Both the position numbers and the translations under genes were made by a program. From Eledone cirrhosa (taxonomy: Eukaryota): a stretch of DNA of 64,000 nucleotides. The first letter of the stretch is position 1; every line of letters begins with the position of its first letter. Positions 48,401 through 60,478 of the stretch are shown in pieces. Under the pieces are notes generated by a model that saw only the letters and a program-made list of their open reading frames with translations, was not told where the DNA came from and did no database searches. The stretch is from contig CAXHJY010000151.1 in assembly GCA_964016885.1 (NCBI GenBank), positions 204,001 to 268,000 of the forward strand, in the 5' to 3' direction.

Positions 48401-48721
48401 GAATGTGCCCATGTTTCCGTGACTGTGATGAAGTCAGGGTCGATGCTTCTGACGTAGGATTCGAACAGATGTATCTTGTTGCATAAACTGCGAGCATTTA
48501 AGGACAACAATTTGTACCCTGCTCGCAGTCTATGATGGTGTGTAGAGGGTGGCAGGTTGTTCTGGTTTAGTTTCCCAGAGTTGTAGCAGTTTTTACATTG
48601 CCAGTTATTGTGGGTAGATCACACTCAGACCAGCTGGTATCTCTCTTCCACGTTTCACCCGCCTTGACAAACCTCCAGATCTGCCCATCATCACGCAGAC
48701 TGAAACTTTCATCTTGTGCTG
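45464..48721 (-). mobile_element. 5'-truncated CR1-like LINE (copy 2)
   Basis: Same boundaries and tail as 251-3508. Confidence 0.92.
45745..48510 (-). CDS. LINE ORF2 (APE + RT), 921 aa
   Basis: Translation appears identical to 532-3297. Confidence 0.95.
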   Translation of the reverse strand: MLSLNARSLCNKIHLFESYVRSIDPDFITVTETWAHSLLCDGVFTITGYNLFRKDRINRRGGGVMVYVRSNFSVIPCVDLNESQEEVFFCDIRMTMSTLLLGVVYRPPNYHQDTQLCDILRVAAKKTATYVFIAGDFNHPEIDWETFRWPQGANDFLELVLDSNWSQVVTSPTRGDNTLDLIFTTTPEVVISCTTEEPLGDSDHAMIIANLALEGSNKNQSHLQSACFDWKRADWNLYCTELQRPNWHEMYNSGDVNSILQSILDSIWIACAASVPRKRKNNHPKSAIWETSAVRLARKERRNAEREYKLHRSDANRKKRNKSSNHLKQVTKKAVLEFEQCIATNPDSKVFWKYVHSKQRPHSPVGPLRNPHTSQITDDPKECAELIAECYASIFTVENQNVPSPPSLTSNSITTMEFTPAMLRRHLKNKRNYASPGLDGVTYLLLKRGGDFLLRQLSFFFQYCLSNGATPEQWKTASVIPLFKKGNRMSPVNYRPVSLTSCMAKLMESCVRETLWNFWSSHSLIRPSQFGFIPNSSCCDQLIEFLEDITRITDSGSWVDVVYLDFAKAFNSVPHKRLMAKLSAMGVRDDLFDWLKSFILSRRKVVTVLGQHSSPYEMSSGVPQGSVLGPLLFVAYINDIDANLQNATVLKYADDIKLYLEIKRTDPEIYNSFLKSDLDTMQQWITDWQLKLAVDKCTTMHFGRKNPASTYSLHNTDIKKSSCERDLGITVGNDLRWTKHVSKIVKKAEGVLASLSKTFVSRSPAIYLKLYTAMVRPHLEFASSVWNPYLARNIDLLEAVQRRATKRIPSIRHLPYSERLASLGMDSLKLRHLAVDLVNTHKVFNHLANCNPERLFDLHVSNTRGHAYKIRKQHSSHDFRRHFFTLRVAETWNKLPASIVSCRDTASFKTLMLPEIRQNYT

Positions 48722-48784
48722 TATATATATATATATACACACGTGTGTGTGTATTTATGTATATATATATATATACACACACAC

Positions 48785-48826
<42 letters not shown>

Positions 48827-48941
48827 GTGTGTGTGTGTATATATATTTATATATATATACACACACGTGTGTGTATATATATATATATATATACACGTGT
48901 GTGTGTATTTATATATATATATATATACACACACACGTGTG

Positions 48942-48972
<31 letters not shown>

Positions 48973-49341
48973 GTGTGTGTATATATATATATCTGTCTCT
49001 CTCCCTGTCTCTCACTCTCCCTCTATCCCCCCTCTCTGTCTCTCTCTCCCCCCCCTCTCTCTCTCTAGTAGTAGAGAGAGACAAAGAGAGAGAGATATAA
49101 ACGTATAACCCTAACCAAACCCTAACCCCAACCCTAACCCTAACCTAACCCTAACCCATCTCTCTCTCTCTCTCACCCCCTCTCTCTCTCTCTAGTAGTA
49201 GAGAGAGAGACAAAGAGAGAGAGAGATATAAACGTATAACCCTAACCCAACCCTAACCTCTCTCTCTCTTCTCTCTCTCTCTCTCCCCTCTCTCTCTCTA
49301 TTCCCCCCTCTCTATTTCCCCCCCCCTCTCTCTCTAGTAGT

Positions 49342-49372
<31 letters not shown>

Positions 49373-49403
49373 TATAAACGTATAACCCTAACCCAACCCT
49401 AAC

Positions 49404-49435
<32 letters not shown>
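48722..49435. repeat. TA/CA/TG microsatellite followed by CT/GA and (TAACCC)n block (copy 2)
   Basis: Corresponds to 3509-4217 with length variants. Confidence 0.9.
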
Positions 49436-49438
<3 letters not shown>

Positions 49439-51006
49439 TTTTTAACATTGTTTTGTTTTTCTTTTCTTTTCTTATTCAGATGACAAACGGCAGAGGATAC
49501 AACAGAAGAAAAGAACAAAGATAATTATTATTATTATTACTATTATTATTTGTTTTATTATAATCAAAATATGCTGTTAGTTAGATCTGCATTGCGTACA
49601 TTTTATATAATTTATGCCAGTTCCTTTTCTGCATATCGAACATGGCCATTTCCCTGACGGAATAGAGTTTTGTCCTCTTTCGTGACACAAAGTACAGCCA
49701 GCGGCATCATTGCGGACAGACTTAATCCCGAATTGCACTGACACACTGCCTCGCAATACGGAACACCGCACGTCTTTGATCTTCTTCCCGTCGATCAGCC
49801 TCCTTGCCATGCTAAGTACACCTGACGTCTAGCTTCTCTCTTAGCGGCGGCTTTATATTCTTCTCTACTCCCACTAATTTTCCAAGCATTCCATGCTAGC
49901 CTTTAGTCTCCAATGGCCCGATCTACCGTGCTGTCCCACCACCATGTCACTCTCTGTCTGGTTGGAACTCTGATCCAGCCACAAGTTTAATCAGTAGCCT
50001 GCAATAAGTTGTCACATAAGAAAATCGAGTTCTCATGTATGTCATACGACTGTGAATCGTCTTCTTTTTCGTCATACACATATTGAAGGGCTTTCCTAAA
50101 TTTCTATTTTAGTGAAATCTCTTTTAGCTTCCAGACCTTTCTTTTTTCCACATCTTCCTGTATGTCTCAATCATACCTGGAGCTGTCCAACATGACCATT
50201 GAAATCCCCTGCTAGCATAACGATGTCTCCGTCCTGTCATTGTGGCTGTTTGTAAAAATTGCTTGTAAATGAAGTCTTTCTTTTCTTTACCTAGCAGAAG
50301 CAATTAACACTAACCCAACTGTAACACTAACCCTAACACTAACTTATGCAGGCCTAGGTAAAGACAAGAAAGATAAAACAAGGAGTGATGCTTCTTGAAT
50401 TTTGTGATGCAAGTGTTTTAACCATTTGCAAAACCAACTTCCACAAACCTGCCTCACTGCCGCCTAATAACCTACAAATCAGGCAAGCACAGAAGCCGGA
50501 TTTCTCGGTAGTTAGGCAGCGAGACAGACAGATGGGGTGTGAAGTACCAGGGTGTGCCCCGGGGAGGAATGTTTCCCACAGCGTGGGTTGGTTGTTGGTG
50601 ATGTCTCGGTTATCTTGAGACGGAGTGAGACGTGCAGGAATACTCTCACGGAATCGCCAAATGAGGTTTATTTTTCAACATAGTCCCTGGAATGAAACAA
50701 TGTGGTTATTAAGAAGAATTGAAATTAATGTAAGATTTCACAGATCTATGATCAATCCTTCACAGTCAGCTTACAAAGTTTTCAGCCAAACCTTGTGTAT
50801 TTCCAACATTTCAAACCCTATCTAGGACTACATTATCTAATGTACAGTACAGTAGTTAGTATTAGTGGCTATCAGACATAGTGTATCTAAATGCAACATT
50901 TTTAACATTGTTTTTTTTTTCTTTTCTTTTCTTTTCTTATTCAGATGACAGACGGCAGAGGATACAATAGAAGAAAAGAACAATGATAATTATTATTATT
51001 ATTATT

Positions 51007-51409
51007 GTTGTTATTCCTTGAATCTCAGTCATTGATGTTGGTTAACTGGAAAGTCCGTTGGAATGAATATCAAGCCACTACCTGCAGCCTCAGATATTCA
51101 GGACGTATCGGAGGGTTCTTGCTGTTCCAAGCAAGCATGCCTTTTGAAGCGTTCCAAAAAGCGTGAAGGGGCCGATTTTCTTTAACCATCCCTGGAAACT
51201 TTTGGAGATGGACAAAAAACTGGAACACAATAGACCTGACCTGGTGGTTGTGGACAAAGAAAAAAGATCGTGTCTGATTGTGGATGTGGCCTGCCCGTTC
51301 AACACGAGAGTGCAAGAGAAGGAGAGGGAGAAAATTAACCGATACCAGGACCTAAAGTGGGAGGTGAAAAGGATTTGGAACTTCCATGAAGTCAAAGTGA
51401 TCCCGATTG
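51007..51409 (-). mobile_element. Dong/R4-like fragment with 5' inversion (copy 2)
   Basis: As 5784-6186, with one SNP (WNCH vs WNFH). Confidence 0.85.
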
Positions 51410-51453
<44 letters not shown>

Positions 51454-52048
51454 TATTATTTGTTTTATTATAATCAAAATATGCTGTTAGTTAGATCTGC
51501 ATTGTGTACATTTTATATAATTTATGCCAGTTCCTTTTCTACATATCGAACATGGCCATTTCCCTGACGGAATAGAGTTTTGTCCTCTTTTCTACTCATC
51601 AACACTCATTCGTGACACAAAGTACAGCCAGCGGCATCATTGCGGACAGACTTAATCCTGATTTGCACTGACACACTGCCTCGCAATACGGAACACCGCA
51701 CGTCTTTGATCTTCTTCCCGTCGATCAGCCTCCTTGCCATGCAAAGTACACCTGACGTCTAGCTTCTCTCTTAGCGGCGGCGGCTGTATATTCTTCTCTA
51801 CTCCCACTAATTTTCCAAGCATTCCATGCTAGTCTTTAGTCTCCAATGGCCCGATCTACAGTTTCTGTCTCAACTCGTCTATGCTTGGTCGTTCCCGCAC
51901 ATTGACATTGCACATCCAACGGAGCATGCTTGCTTCATTTCTCTCCAGCCGTCGCATGTCCTCTGCAGTTGCTGCCCGTGTCTCACTACCATGCAGCATC
52001 GCGCATCTAAACCTGGCCCTTACCCTAACCCCAACCTCTTTGGTTTTC

Positions 52049-52889
52049 GTTTTCTCGACGGCTAGCCGCATTTCGTGATCCGCCTTTCGATTGCGCTTCC
52101 GTCGCGGCAAAAGAATTGCCTTTCCAGACCGCCGTCGCCCGACCGGACCCATGATAGAAGACGTTCGTTACCGTTGGAGCAACGCAAATTACTCCTCGGT
52201 TGACGCCAAAAACGAACGCCTTCCCGCCTCGCGCCGCCTTCTCCTCGCCGACCCTCGGCCTCGACGATTAGCCACTTTCCGTCACAGCAGTAGATACGCG
52301 TCCGTCGTAATAGCCGTCATTTTAACGCAGGAGAAACGCCTAATTGCCCTGCACCGCGTTTGACGGCGATCTACGACGGCGACGATGCGCGCACTCTTCC
52401 TTGCTGCGACGAAGGTTTCGGCTTTTCGTCGTGGACCCGGTCAGGTCATGCCGCTGACCTCGCGTTACGGCGACGCGAGAAGACGTTCGTTACCGCTGGA
52501 GCAACGCAAATTACTCCTCGGTTGACGCCAAAAACGAACGCCTCGCGCCGCCGCTTCCTCCTCGGCCTCGACGATTAGCCGCTTTCCGTCACAGCAGTAG
52601 ATACGCGTCCATCGTAATAGCCGTCATTTTAACGCAGGAGAAACGCCTTGACGACGATATACGACGGGTCGACGACGCGCGCACTCTTTCTGCTGCGACG
52701 AAGGTTTTGGCTTTTCGTTGTGGACCCGGTCGGGTCATGCCTCTGACCTCGCGTTGCGTCGCCACCGCCGCGGCGGGCTTGGGTTTAGCCGTAGCTACCC
52801 TCGTTTTGCCAACGGCGACGCGAGAAGACGTTCGTTACCGCTGGAGCAACGCAAATTACTCCTCGGATGAGGCCAAAAACGAACGCTGA
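52049..52889 (+). repeat. Diverged rDNA-spacer-like module (copy 2)
   Basis: As 6835-7675. Confidence 0.85.
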
Positions 52890-52965
52890 AGAGATATTGT
52901 CCATGGATATCGGGAATTTTACCCGCCCTAGATAGATAGATAGATAGGGATGTATGTATGTATGT

Positions 52966-53007
<42 letters not shown>

Positions 53008-53386
53008 GTATGTATCTTTCTCATTCTCTCTGTATGTATGTATGTATGTATATATATATAATTATATATTTATAGACATCCTGAAAGCTTTTTAAATGTC
53101 TGAGAGATTGGCTAAATATGTTTTGCAGGTATGACCAGTAAGAGAGAGGTAAGTTATTTCAAAACAATTCTTTGACCATTATTTTAAGGTACTATCTCAG
53201 TGTATTTTTAAATTGACCTCTTGATAGGATGAAATGACCTGTATAATTTTTTTCATATTTAGATGGAATAGAAGAAAAACAAGAAAAATGAAATGAATTC
53301 AAACAGAAAATATACACCAATGCCAATGGAGGTATGATTTCAGTTTAATCTTAACCTAATGACCACTTTACAGAGTGTACTGGATA

Positions 53387-53471
<85 letters not shown>

Positions 53472-53919
53472 AGGAAGCTCCAACCGTTAAGGTTGTCTTT
53501 CCATTTATTAATATATTGTGTATTTACTCCACTAAACTGTTGAGTGCTTTATATCAGTTATAAAAAAATTTCAGCTTGTTGAATCCCAAAATAGTTGTTG
53601 AAACAGCCACAGCTCAGCCGTCGGGGTCCTGAATATTTATCATATATATATACGTATGAGTGTGTGTGTTTTGAGAATTAATAATTATATAAACAAGTTT
53701 GTAATGAACAATTTATTTCTTATCAAAACTGTATAAACATGATATTATTTACAGTAAGAATAACAATAATAATGATGGTTTCTAGTAAAGGTGGAAGGCC
53801 AGTAATTTGGGGGAGGGGAAAGTTGATTAAATCGAAGAGAGAAAGAAAGAAAAAACAGAACGGGAAGGAGAGGGGATGGCAAGAGGTCCGGTGTCGCAGG
53901 AGAGAGGGGAGGGTGGTTG

Positions 53920-54420
53920 AGCTTTGAGTCTAGGGCAAGAGGGCAGAAATGCTGCGCCCCACGGATAAGACGGCAAAAATATTCTCGCGGACGATGGCCA
54001 GAGATACCCAATGCAACAACCACCCAACCTCGCGGTGTTCCCTCCTCAGATGGGCTGCTGACTCTCCGATCTTTTGGAGGAGCTCGGCAGTACAAGGTCC
54101 AAGTACTCCTGGGGTCTCGACGTTGACTGGTGCAGAGAGGAAGTGGCCGGACAATCCTCGGTATTTGTTTATTTTACGTTCTTCTGCGAGGTGGGCTGCG
54201 ATGCCGGGGTTTGTGACCGAAACGACTTGGAAACGAAGTTGTAGGCGGAGATTGTGTCGTAGCTGGTGGTGTCCCAGATGAGGGACCTACGTCCTTCGAA
54301 TGGGAAGAGAGTGATTCCGTCGGGGCGCTTGCCATCTCCGGGACCTGTTGGCCCCAGTTGTGATGGGAAGCCAGCTGCGTCCAGGCTTCTTCTCAATATG
54401 TCGTTGACAACGACGTGTAT
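53920..54420 (-). mobile_element. CRE-like RLE non-LTR 3' fragment (copy 2)
   Basis: As 8690-9190. Confidence 0.75.
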
Positions 54421-54962
54421 CTATTCAATAATTATTTGAATATTGAAATTTTAGGTTTAACTACCTTTTAAACCAAATACATTAAGAAAGGCATGACCAA
54501 CACCACATCATTTTTATTTATATTTTGAAAGTAGGTTTATAAGTATTAAATTTCAGTAGATTCTTATATCCTTCATGGTGGTCTGGTGGGAGATACGAGA
54601 GATGGTGGAGGTTCTGGTCTGGGGTTCAATCCTGCTCAGGAGATACTCTAAGGGGGTTCATACTAAACTTCTTCAGTGTTTCTTATCTCTAGAGACAAAT
54701 ATATATACATAAGGTAATCTGGTAAAGTTGTTAGAACATCACATAGAATTCTTTGTAGTATTTTTTCCAGTTCTTCAATCTGAGTTCAACTTTACTTTTC
54801 TTCCATTCGGGGTTGATAATAACGTACCAGTCAAATACTAGGGGTTAATTCTTCCTCTATATCTCTTTCTCACTCTCTGTCTGTTTTATTAAGACCTGGA
54901 GAGGTGATGTACTCTACCAGGTTTTATAATGAGTGATGGGGTCATACCTGCCTGCTACACCT

Positions 54963-56060
54963 CTGTGTACTAAGTGTAGCATATTATATCCTTGTTCAGG
55001 GCCTTCCTGACATTACTGTGTACTAAGGGTAGCATTTTATATCCTTGTTCAGGGCCATCTTAACATTGCTGTGTACTAAGTGTAGCATATTATATCCTTG
55101 TTCGGGGCCTTCCTGACATTAGTGTGTACTGAGTGTAGATTTTAACATCCTTGTTCTGGGCCTTCCTAACATTACTGTGTACTGAGTGTAGATTTTAACA
55201 TCTTTGTTCAGAGCCTTCCTTACATTACTGTGTACTAAGTGTAGCATTTCATATACTTGTTCTGGGCCTTCCTAACGTTACTGTGGAAATAGTAGTTTAT
55301 ATCCAATATGTAATATAGATATGGATTCTACAGGACTAAAACTCATTAATATGAGGGGTATTAGTAGATTATATGCCATATTTAATAGAGAAATGGCTTC
55401 TACAAGACTAAAACTCATTAATATGAGGGGTATTACAGTTTATATGCCATATTTAATACAGAAATGGCTTCTAAAGGACTAGAACTCTTTAAATTGAATA
55501 AAATAGTAGTATATATCCTATGTTTAATACAGAAATGCCTTCTAAAGGACTCATTAATATGAGGGTATTAGTAGATTATATAACATATTTAATACAGAAA
55601 TGGCTTTTAAATTCAGGGACTCGTTAATTTGATGGAAATAGTAGTGTCTATGCAATATTTAATACAGAAATAGCTTCTACAGGACTAAAACTAATTAATA
55701 TGAGGGGTATTAGTAGTATATGTGCCATATTTAATACAGAGATGGCTTCTAAATGGAGGTATCTCATTAATTCGATTGAAATGGTAGTGTATATGCAATA
55801 TTTAATACAGAAATAGCTTCTACAAGAATAAAACTCATTAATATGAAGGTTATTATTACATTATATGCCATATTTAATACAGAAATCGGTTCTAAAGGAC
55901 TAGAACTCTTTAATTCAAATCAAATAGTAGTATAAAGCAATATTTACTACAGAAATGGCTTCTACAAGACTAAAAATCCTTAATATGAGGGGTATTGTTA
56001 GATTATATACCATATTTAATACAGAAATGGCTTCTAAATGAAGAAATCTCTTTAATTCGA
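54963..56060. repeat. 53-bp and ~71-bp minisatellites (copy 2)
   Basis: As 9733-10830. Confidence 0.88.
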
Positions 56061-56718
56061 TAGTAATAGTAATAATAATAATAGTAATAGTAATAATACA
56101 GCCAATTTTCCACGCAATACTTTTAGTTAGCACCCCGAACGCATAATTGGGAATATAATCACTTATTTCCTAATGTTTGTTGAGTGAGTTGGGAAAAAAA
56201 ACTTGGGAAATATATTTTCAGGGTCTCAAAATCTTAAAGAGAAAAAAAAGTCCTGTGGAAGGTAGCAAAACAATTAGGAAGAAAATGGTTTGAAGTTGGT
56301 TGGTGAGTATAAGATTACAGTATCTTGTTGATTTCTATAAAGTTTACTTTTAACTGAATTGGTAAAAATGGATAAATTAGAAGACACAATATAATAACTA
56401 ATATTGTCTTCTAAAACAGGGAATAAAAATATGTTGGTGTATTGGGGGGGGGGGGGGGGTAAACATGTGAGTTAATGGGAATGTTTTTGTTTGTTTTTAT
56501 TGAAACATATTCAATCTACAGATAGGTTGTTATAGTTATTTAGTCTCGGGTCTGCCATTATCTGCAGATTTATAATTGAGGGGTGTTCCAGGTGTGACCA
56601 CCCTACATTATTCCTAGAGATTGTTACTCCTTCATTCTTCAGTCATCTTGGTCTTCTTATGAGATGGTGGTGTAGTCTTATTTATTGTTAAGGTTATGGT
56701 CTTCCTTTGTCCACACTC

Positions 56719-56756
<38 letters not shown>

Positions 56757-56865
56757 AAAGGCTTCCTTCTCTGGAAAAAGATGATTTAATATTCACAACC
56801 ATCTGTCTAATTGTTTTCTGATGAGAATAAAGTTAATCTTGCTTGTATGTCTACCTGATCAAATG

Positions 56866-57795
56866 ACTGGCTGATATCTTGAAGTCATTTACACCACAGA
56901 ACTGTAGGAGTCTTGATCCCTCAAGCCATACCTCTAGCCATCATGTACTCCAAAAGAGTCTCACCTTGGTGCTACTCAACATGTCCATTAAATTTAGCAG
57001 CAAGGATGCCCTCTTCTTAGTGAGAGACAACTACAAGAGAGGTTCTTAGAGAAGAATAAGCCACTATAGTTAACTTTTGTTGACATAGAGAACCCCGATC
57101 TGTCATCTGGTGGTCCTTAAGGAAACTAGGTGTAGGGGAATGGCTTGTGAGGACAGTGCAAGCTATGTACAAGGGTGCTGTCAGTAAAGTGAGAGGAGGA
57201 ATTCCAGAAACAAAGTAGGTGTACATCAGGGTTCGGTCCTCAGTCCGCTCTTGTTCATTATAGTCCTCCCTCCCTCCCTCCCTCCCTCCCTCCCTCCAAG
57301 CCATAACAGAGGAGGAGTAGTTTAAGACTGGATGCCCATGGGAACTTCTCTATGCTGACGATCTGGTTCTTATAGCAGAATCAGTAGAGGAGCTAGCTAG
57401 AGAATAAATTCTGGCTATGGAAACAGCAGTAGTTGGAATCAAGAAGACTGAGAGTGAACCTAGCTAAGACAAAAGTGTTTATAAGTAGAAGAGAGGACAA
57501 AACTCTGATTCTGTCAGGGAAATGGCCATGTTCGATATGTAGGAAAGGAGTTGGCATAAATTCTATGAAATGTAGTACGCAATGCAGATCTTGGCTACAC
57601 AAGAGATGTAGTGGGATAGCAGGAAAACTGACTGACAGGTAGGGAGAAATACGTATGCAGTAGATGTACAGGGAAATTTGACAGAGATTGCAGTGATAGA
57701 CACATTTTTCAAATGCAGGTGGGATCTATAGAGGGAGTTGATAGCTTCTGATACCTAGGTGATCAGATTAGTAAGGGAGGAGGGTGATATAAAAT
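56866..57795 (+). mobile_element. Decayed RTE-type LINE RT region (copy 2)
   Basis: As 11635-12560. Confidence 0.85.
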
Positions 57796-58315
57796 ATATT
57801 GTTATCATGACTGTCTTTATTATTTAAATTACCTCTGTCTATTTACAGATTTTACAGAGTGTACTGGGTGCTTTTATGATGGGAGCAGCAACTCTATACG
57901 ATTTTACAGAGTGTACTTGGTGCTTTTATCATGGCACATGGCAGCAGCAGCAGCAGCAACTACGATTTTACAGAGTGTACTTGGTGCTTTTTACTCTGAC
58001 ATCAGCACTGAGGAAGTTGTCATATTTTCAGCTAAATTAATGAGTAGAAAAACCAAGTTTCTGCTACAAAAAATTCTCAGATTCAAGGGAGACATTCAGT
58101 TTAAGTATGGTATACTGTCACTAAGGCAGCAAATTGGCAGAGTCGCTAGAATATCAGATAGCATTCTTTACATTATTTGTTTCAGCTCTCTGTTCTCTCA
58201 ATTCAAATCCTGCTCAGGTCAACTTTGCCTTTCATCCATACAAAATAGATTAATAAAAGTACCAGTGTATTACTGGGGTCAATTCTTCTTCTAACTCTTC
58301 TGCACTTCCATTCTC

Positions 58316-58354
<39 letters not shown>

Positions 58355-58913
58355 GCTTCTTTAGAACACATCTGCTGTATTCAGACCTGGAGCGGAGATG
58401 GGCTCCACCAAGTTTTAAAAATTGCCCTTTAAGCGCTGTATGTCAATATGGTGCCCCTATGATTCCCTCCCTCAGGAGTTATGGGACCATAGATACTGTC
58501 AATTGTAAAGAATAACAGAGATATTCAGTGCTAGTGTGGTGTTCTGTCAGTTGTGGAGATTGATGAATCTAAACAGAAATATCAACAGCACTTTTCATTT
58601 CTGAGTAACACATTTGTTACCAAGTGCTGCATGGCTGGAATGAAAATCAGTGCTGTGAAAACCAAGACATTCATCCTCTCAAGGAAGCTTGTGCAGTGCA
58701 CTCTACATGTAAATGGAGTCCCACTGAAGCAGGTAGAAAAGTTCATGTATCTCGAAGCTGTGTTCACGAGTGATGACAGAGACGGCAAAGGCACAACACA
58801 CAACAGAAGAAAAGAACAATGACAATTATTATTATTATTATTATTATTATTTGTTTTATTAGTTTTATTATAATAAAAATTGTGCTGTTAGTTTGCTTGC
58901 TATACCATCATGT

Positions 58914-59001
58914 ACCCTAACCCTAAACCTAACCCCAACTCCAACTCTGACCCTAAACCTAACCCCAACCCCAACCCTAACCCTAACCCTAACCCTAACC
59001 C
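58914..59001. repeat. Interstitial (TAACCC)n tract (copy 2)
   Basis: As 13707-13794. Confidence 0.9.
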
Positions 59002-59928
59002 ACGATAGAAGACGTTCGTTACCGCTGGAGCAACGCAAATTACTCCTCGGTTGACGCCAAAAACGAACGCCTTCTCGACGGCTAGCCGCATTTCGTGATC
59101 CGCCTTTCGATTGCGCTTCCGTCGCGGAAAAAGAATTGCCTTTATAGGCCGCCGCCGCCGCCCGACCGGACCCACGATAGAAGACGTTCGTTACCGCTGG
59201 AGCAACGCAAATTACTCCTCGGTTGACGCCAAAAACGAACGCCTTCTCGACGGCTAGCCGCATTTCGTGATCCGCCTTTCGATTGCGCTTCCGTCGCGGA
59301 AAAAGAATTGCCTTTATAGGCCGCCGCCGCCGCCCGACCGGACCCACGATAGAAGACGTTCGTTACCGCTGGAGCAACGCAAATTACTCCTCGGTTGACG
59401 CCAAAAACGAACGCCTTCTCGACGGCTAGCCGCATTTCGTGATCCGCCTTTCGATTGCGCTTCCGTCGCGGAAAAAGAATTGCCTTTATAGGCCGCCGCC
59501 GCCCGACCGGACCCACGATAGAAGACGTTCGTTACCGCTGGAGCAACGCAAATTACTCCTCGGTTGACGCCAAAAACGAACGCCTTCTCGACGGCTAGCC
59601 GCATTTCGTGATCCGCCTTTCGATTGCGCTTCCGTCGCGGAAAAAGAATTGCCTTTATAGGCCGCCGCCGCCCGACCGGACCCACGATAGAAGACGTTCG
59701 TTACCGCTGGAGCAACGCAAATTACTCCTCGGTTGACGCCAAAAACGAACGCCTTCTCGACGGCTAGCCGCATTTCGTGATCCGCCTTTCGATTGCGCTT
59801 CCGTCGCGGAAAAAGAATTGCCTTTATAGGCCGCCGCCGCCGCCCGACCGGACCCACGATAGAAGACGTTCGTTACCGCTGGAGCAACGCAAATTACTCC
59901 TCGGTTGACGCCAAAAACGAACGCCTTC
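58999..59928 (+). repeat. 169/172-bp GC-rich array (5 full + 1 partial unit)
   Basis: Unit starts at 58999, 59171, 59343, 59512, 59681, 59853. Confidence 0.92.
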
Positions 59929-60285
59929 CGGTTCGGGCGACGTAAAAGTCTGTAGCCTTTTCGCCGATCCTCGACGATTATCCGCCTTCCGAACAACCGC
60001 CTTTCCGCCGTCACAGCAGTAGGTACTCGTCCGTCGTAATAGCCGTCATTTTAATGCAGGAGAAACGCCTAAATGCACTGCGATTGACGACGATCTACGA
60101 CGCGCTTACTCTTCCTTGCTGCGACGAAGGTTTCGTTCGGCTTTTCGTCGTGGACCCGGTCAGGTCATGCCGCTGATCTCGCGTTGCGTCGTTACCGCTG
60201 GAGCAACGCAAATTACTCCTCGTTTAACGCCAACATCGAACGCGCTTCGGTTCTCGGTCGTCGTTGTTTTGTTTCGTGCGGAAGA

Positions 60286-60471
60286 TACCTGGGTGATCCT
60301 GCCAGTAGTCATATGCTTGTCTCAAAGCTTAAGCCATGCAAGTGGAAGTTCATGCCGTAAACGAAAATGGTGAAACCGCGAATGGCTCAGGAACCGGATC
60401 TAATCCTCGGGACCGTATTCCTCACCGCGAGGAGAGGATAACTGTGGCAATTCTAGAGCTAATACATGCAA
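60286..60471 (+). pseudogene. 18S rRNA 5' fragment (copy 2)
   Basis: As 14904-15089. Confidence 0.95.
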
Positions 60472-60478
60472 TTGAGAT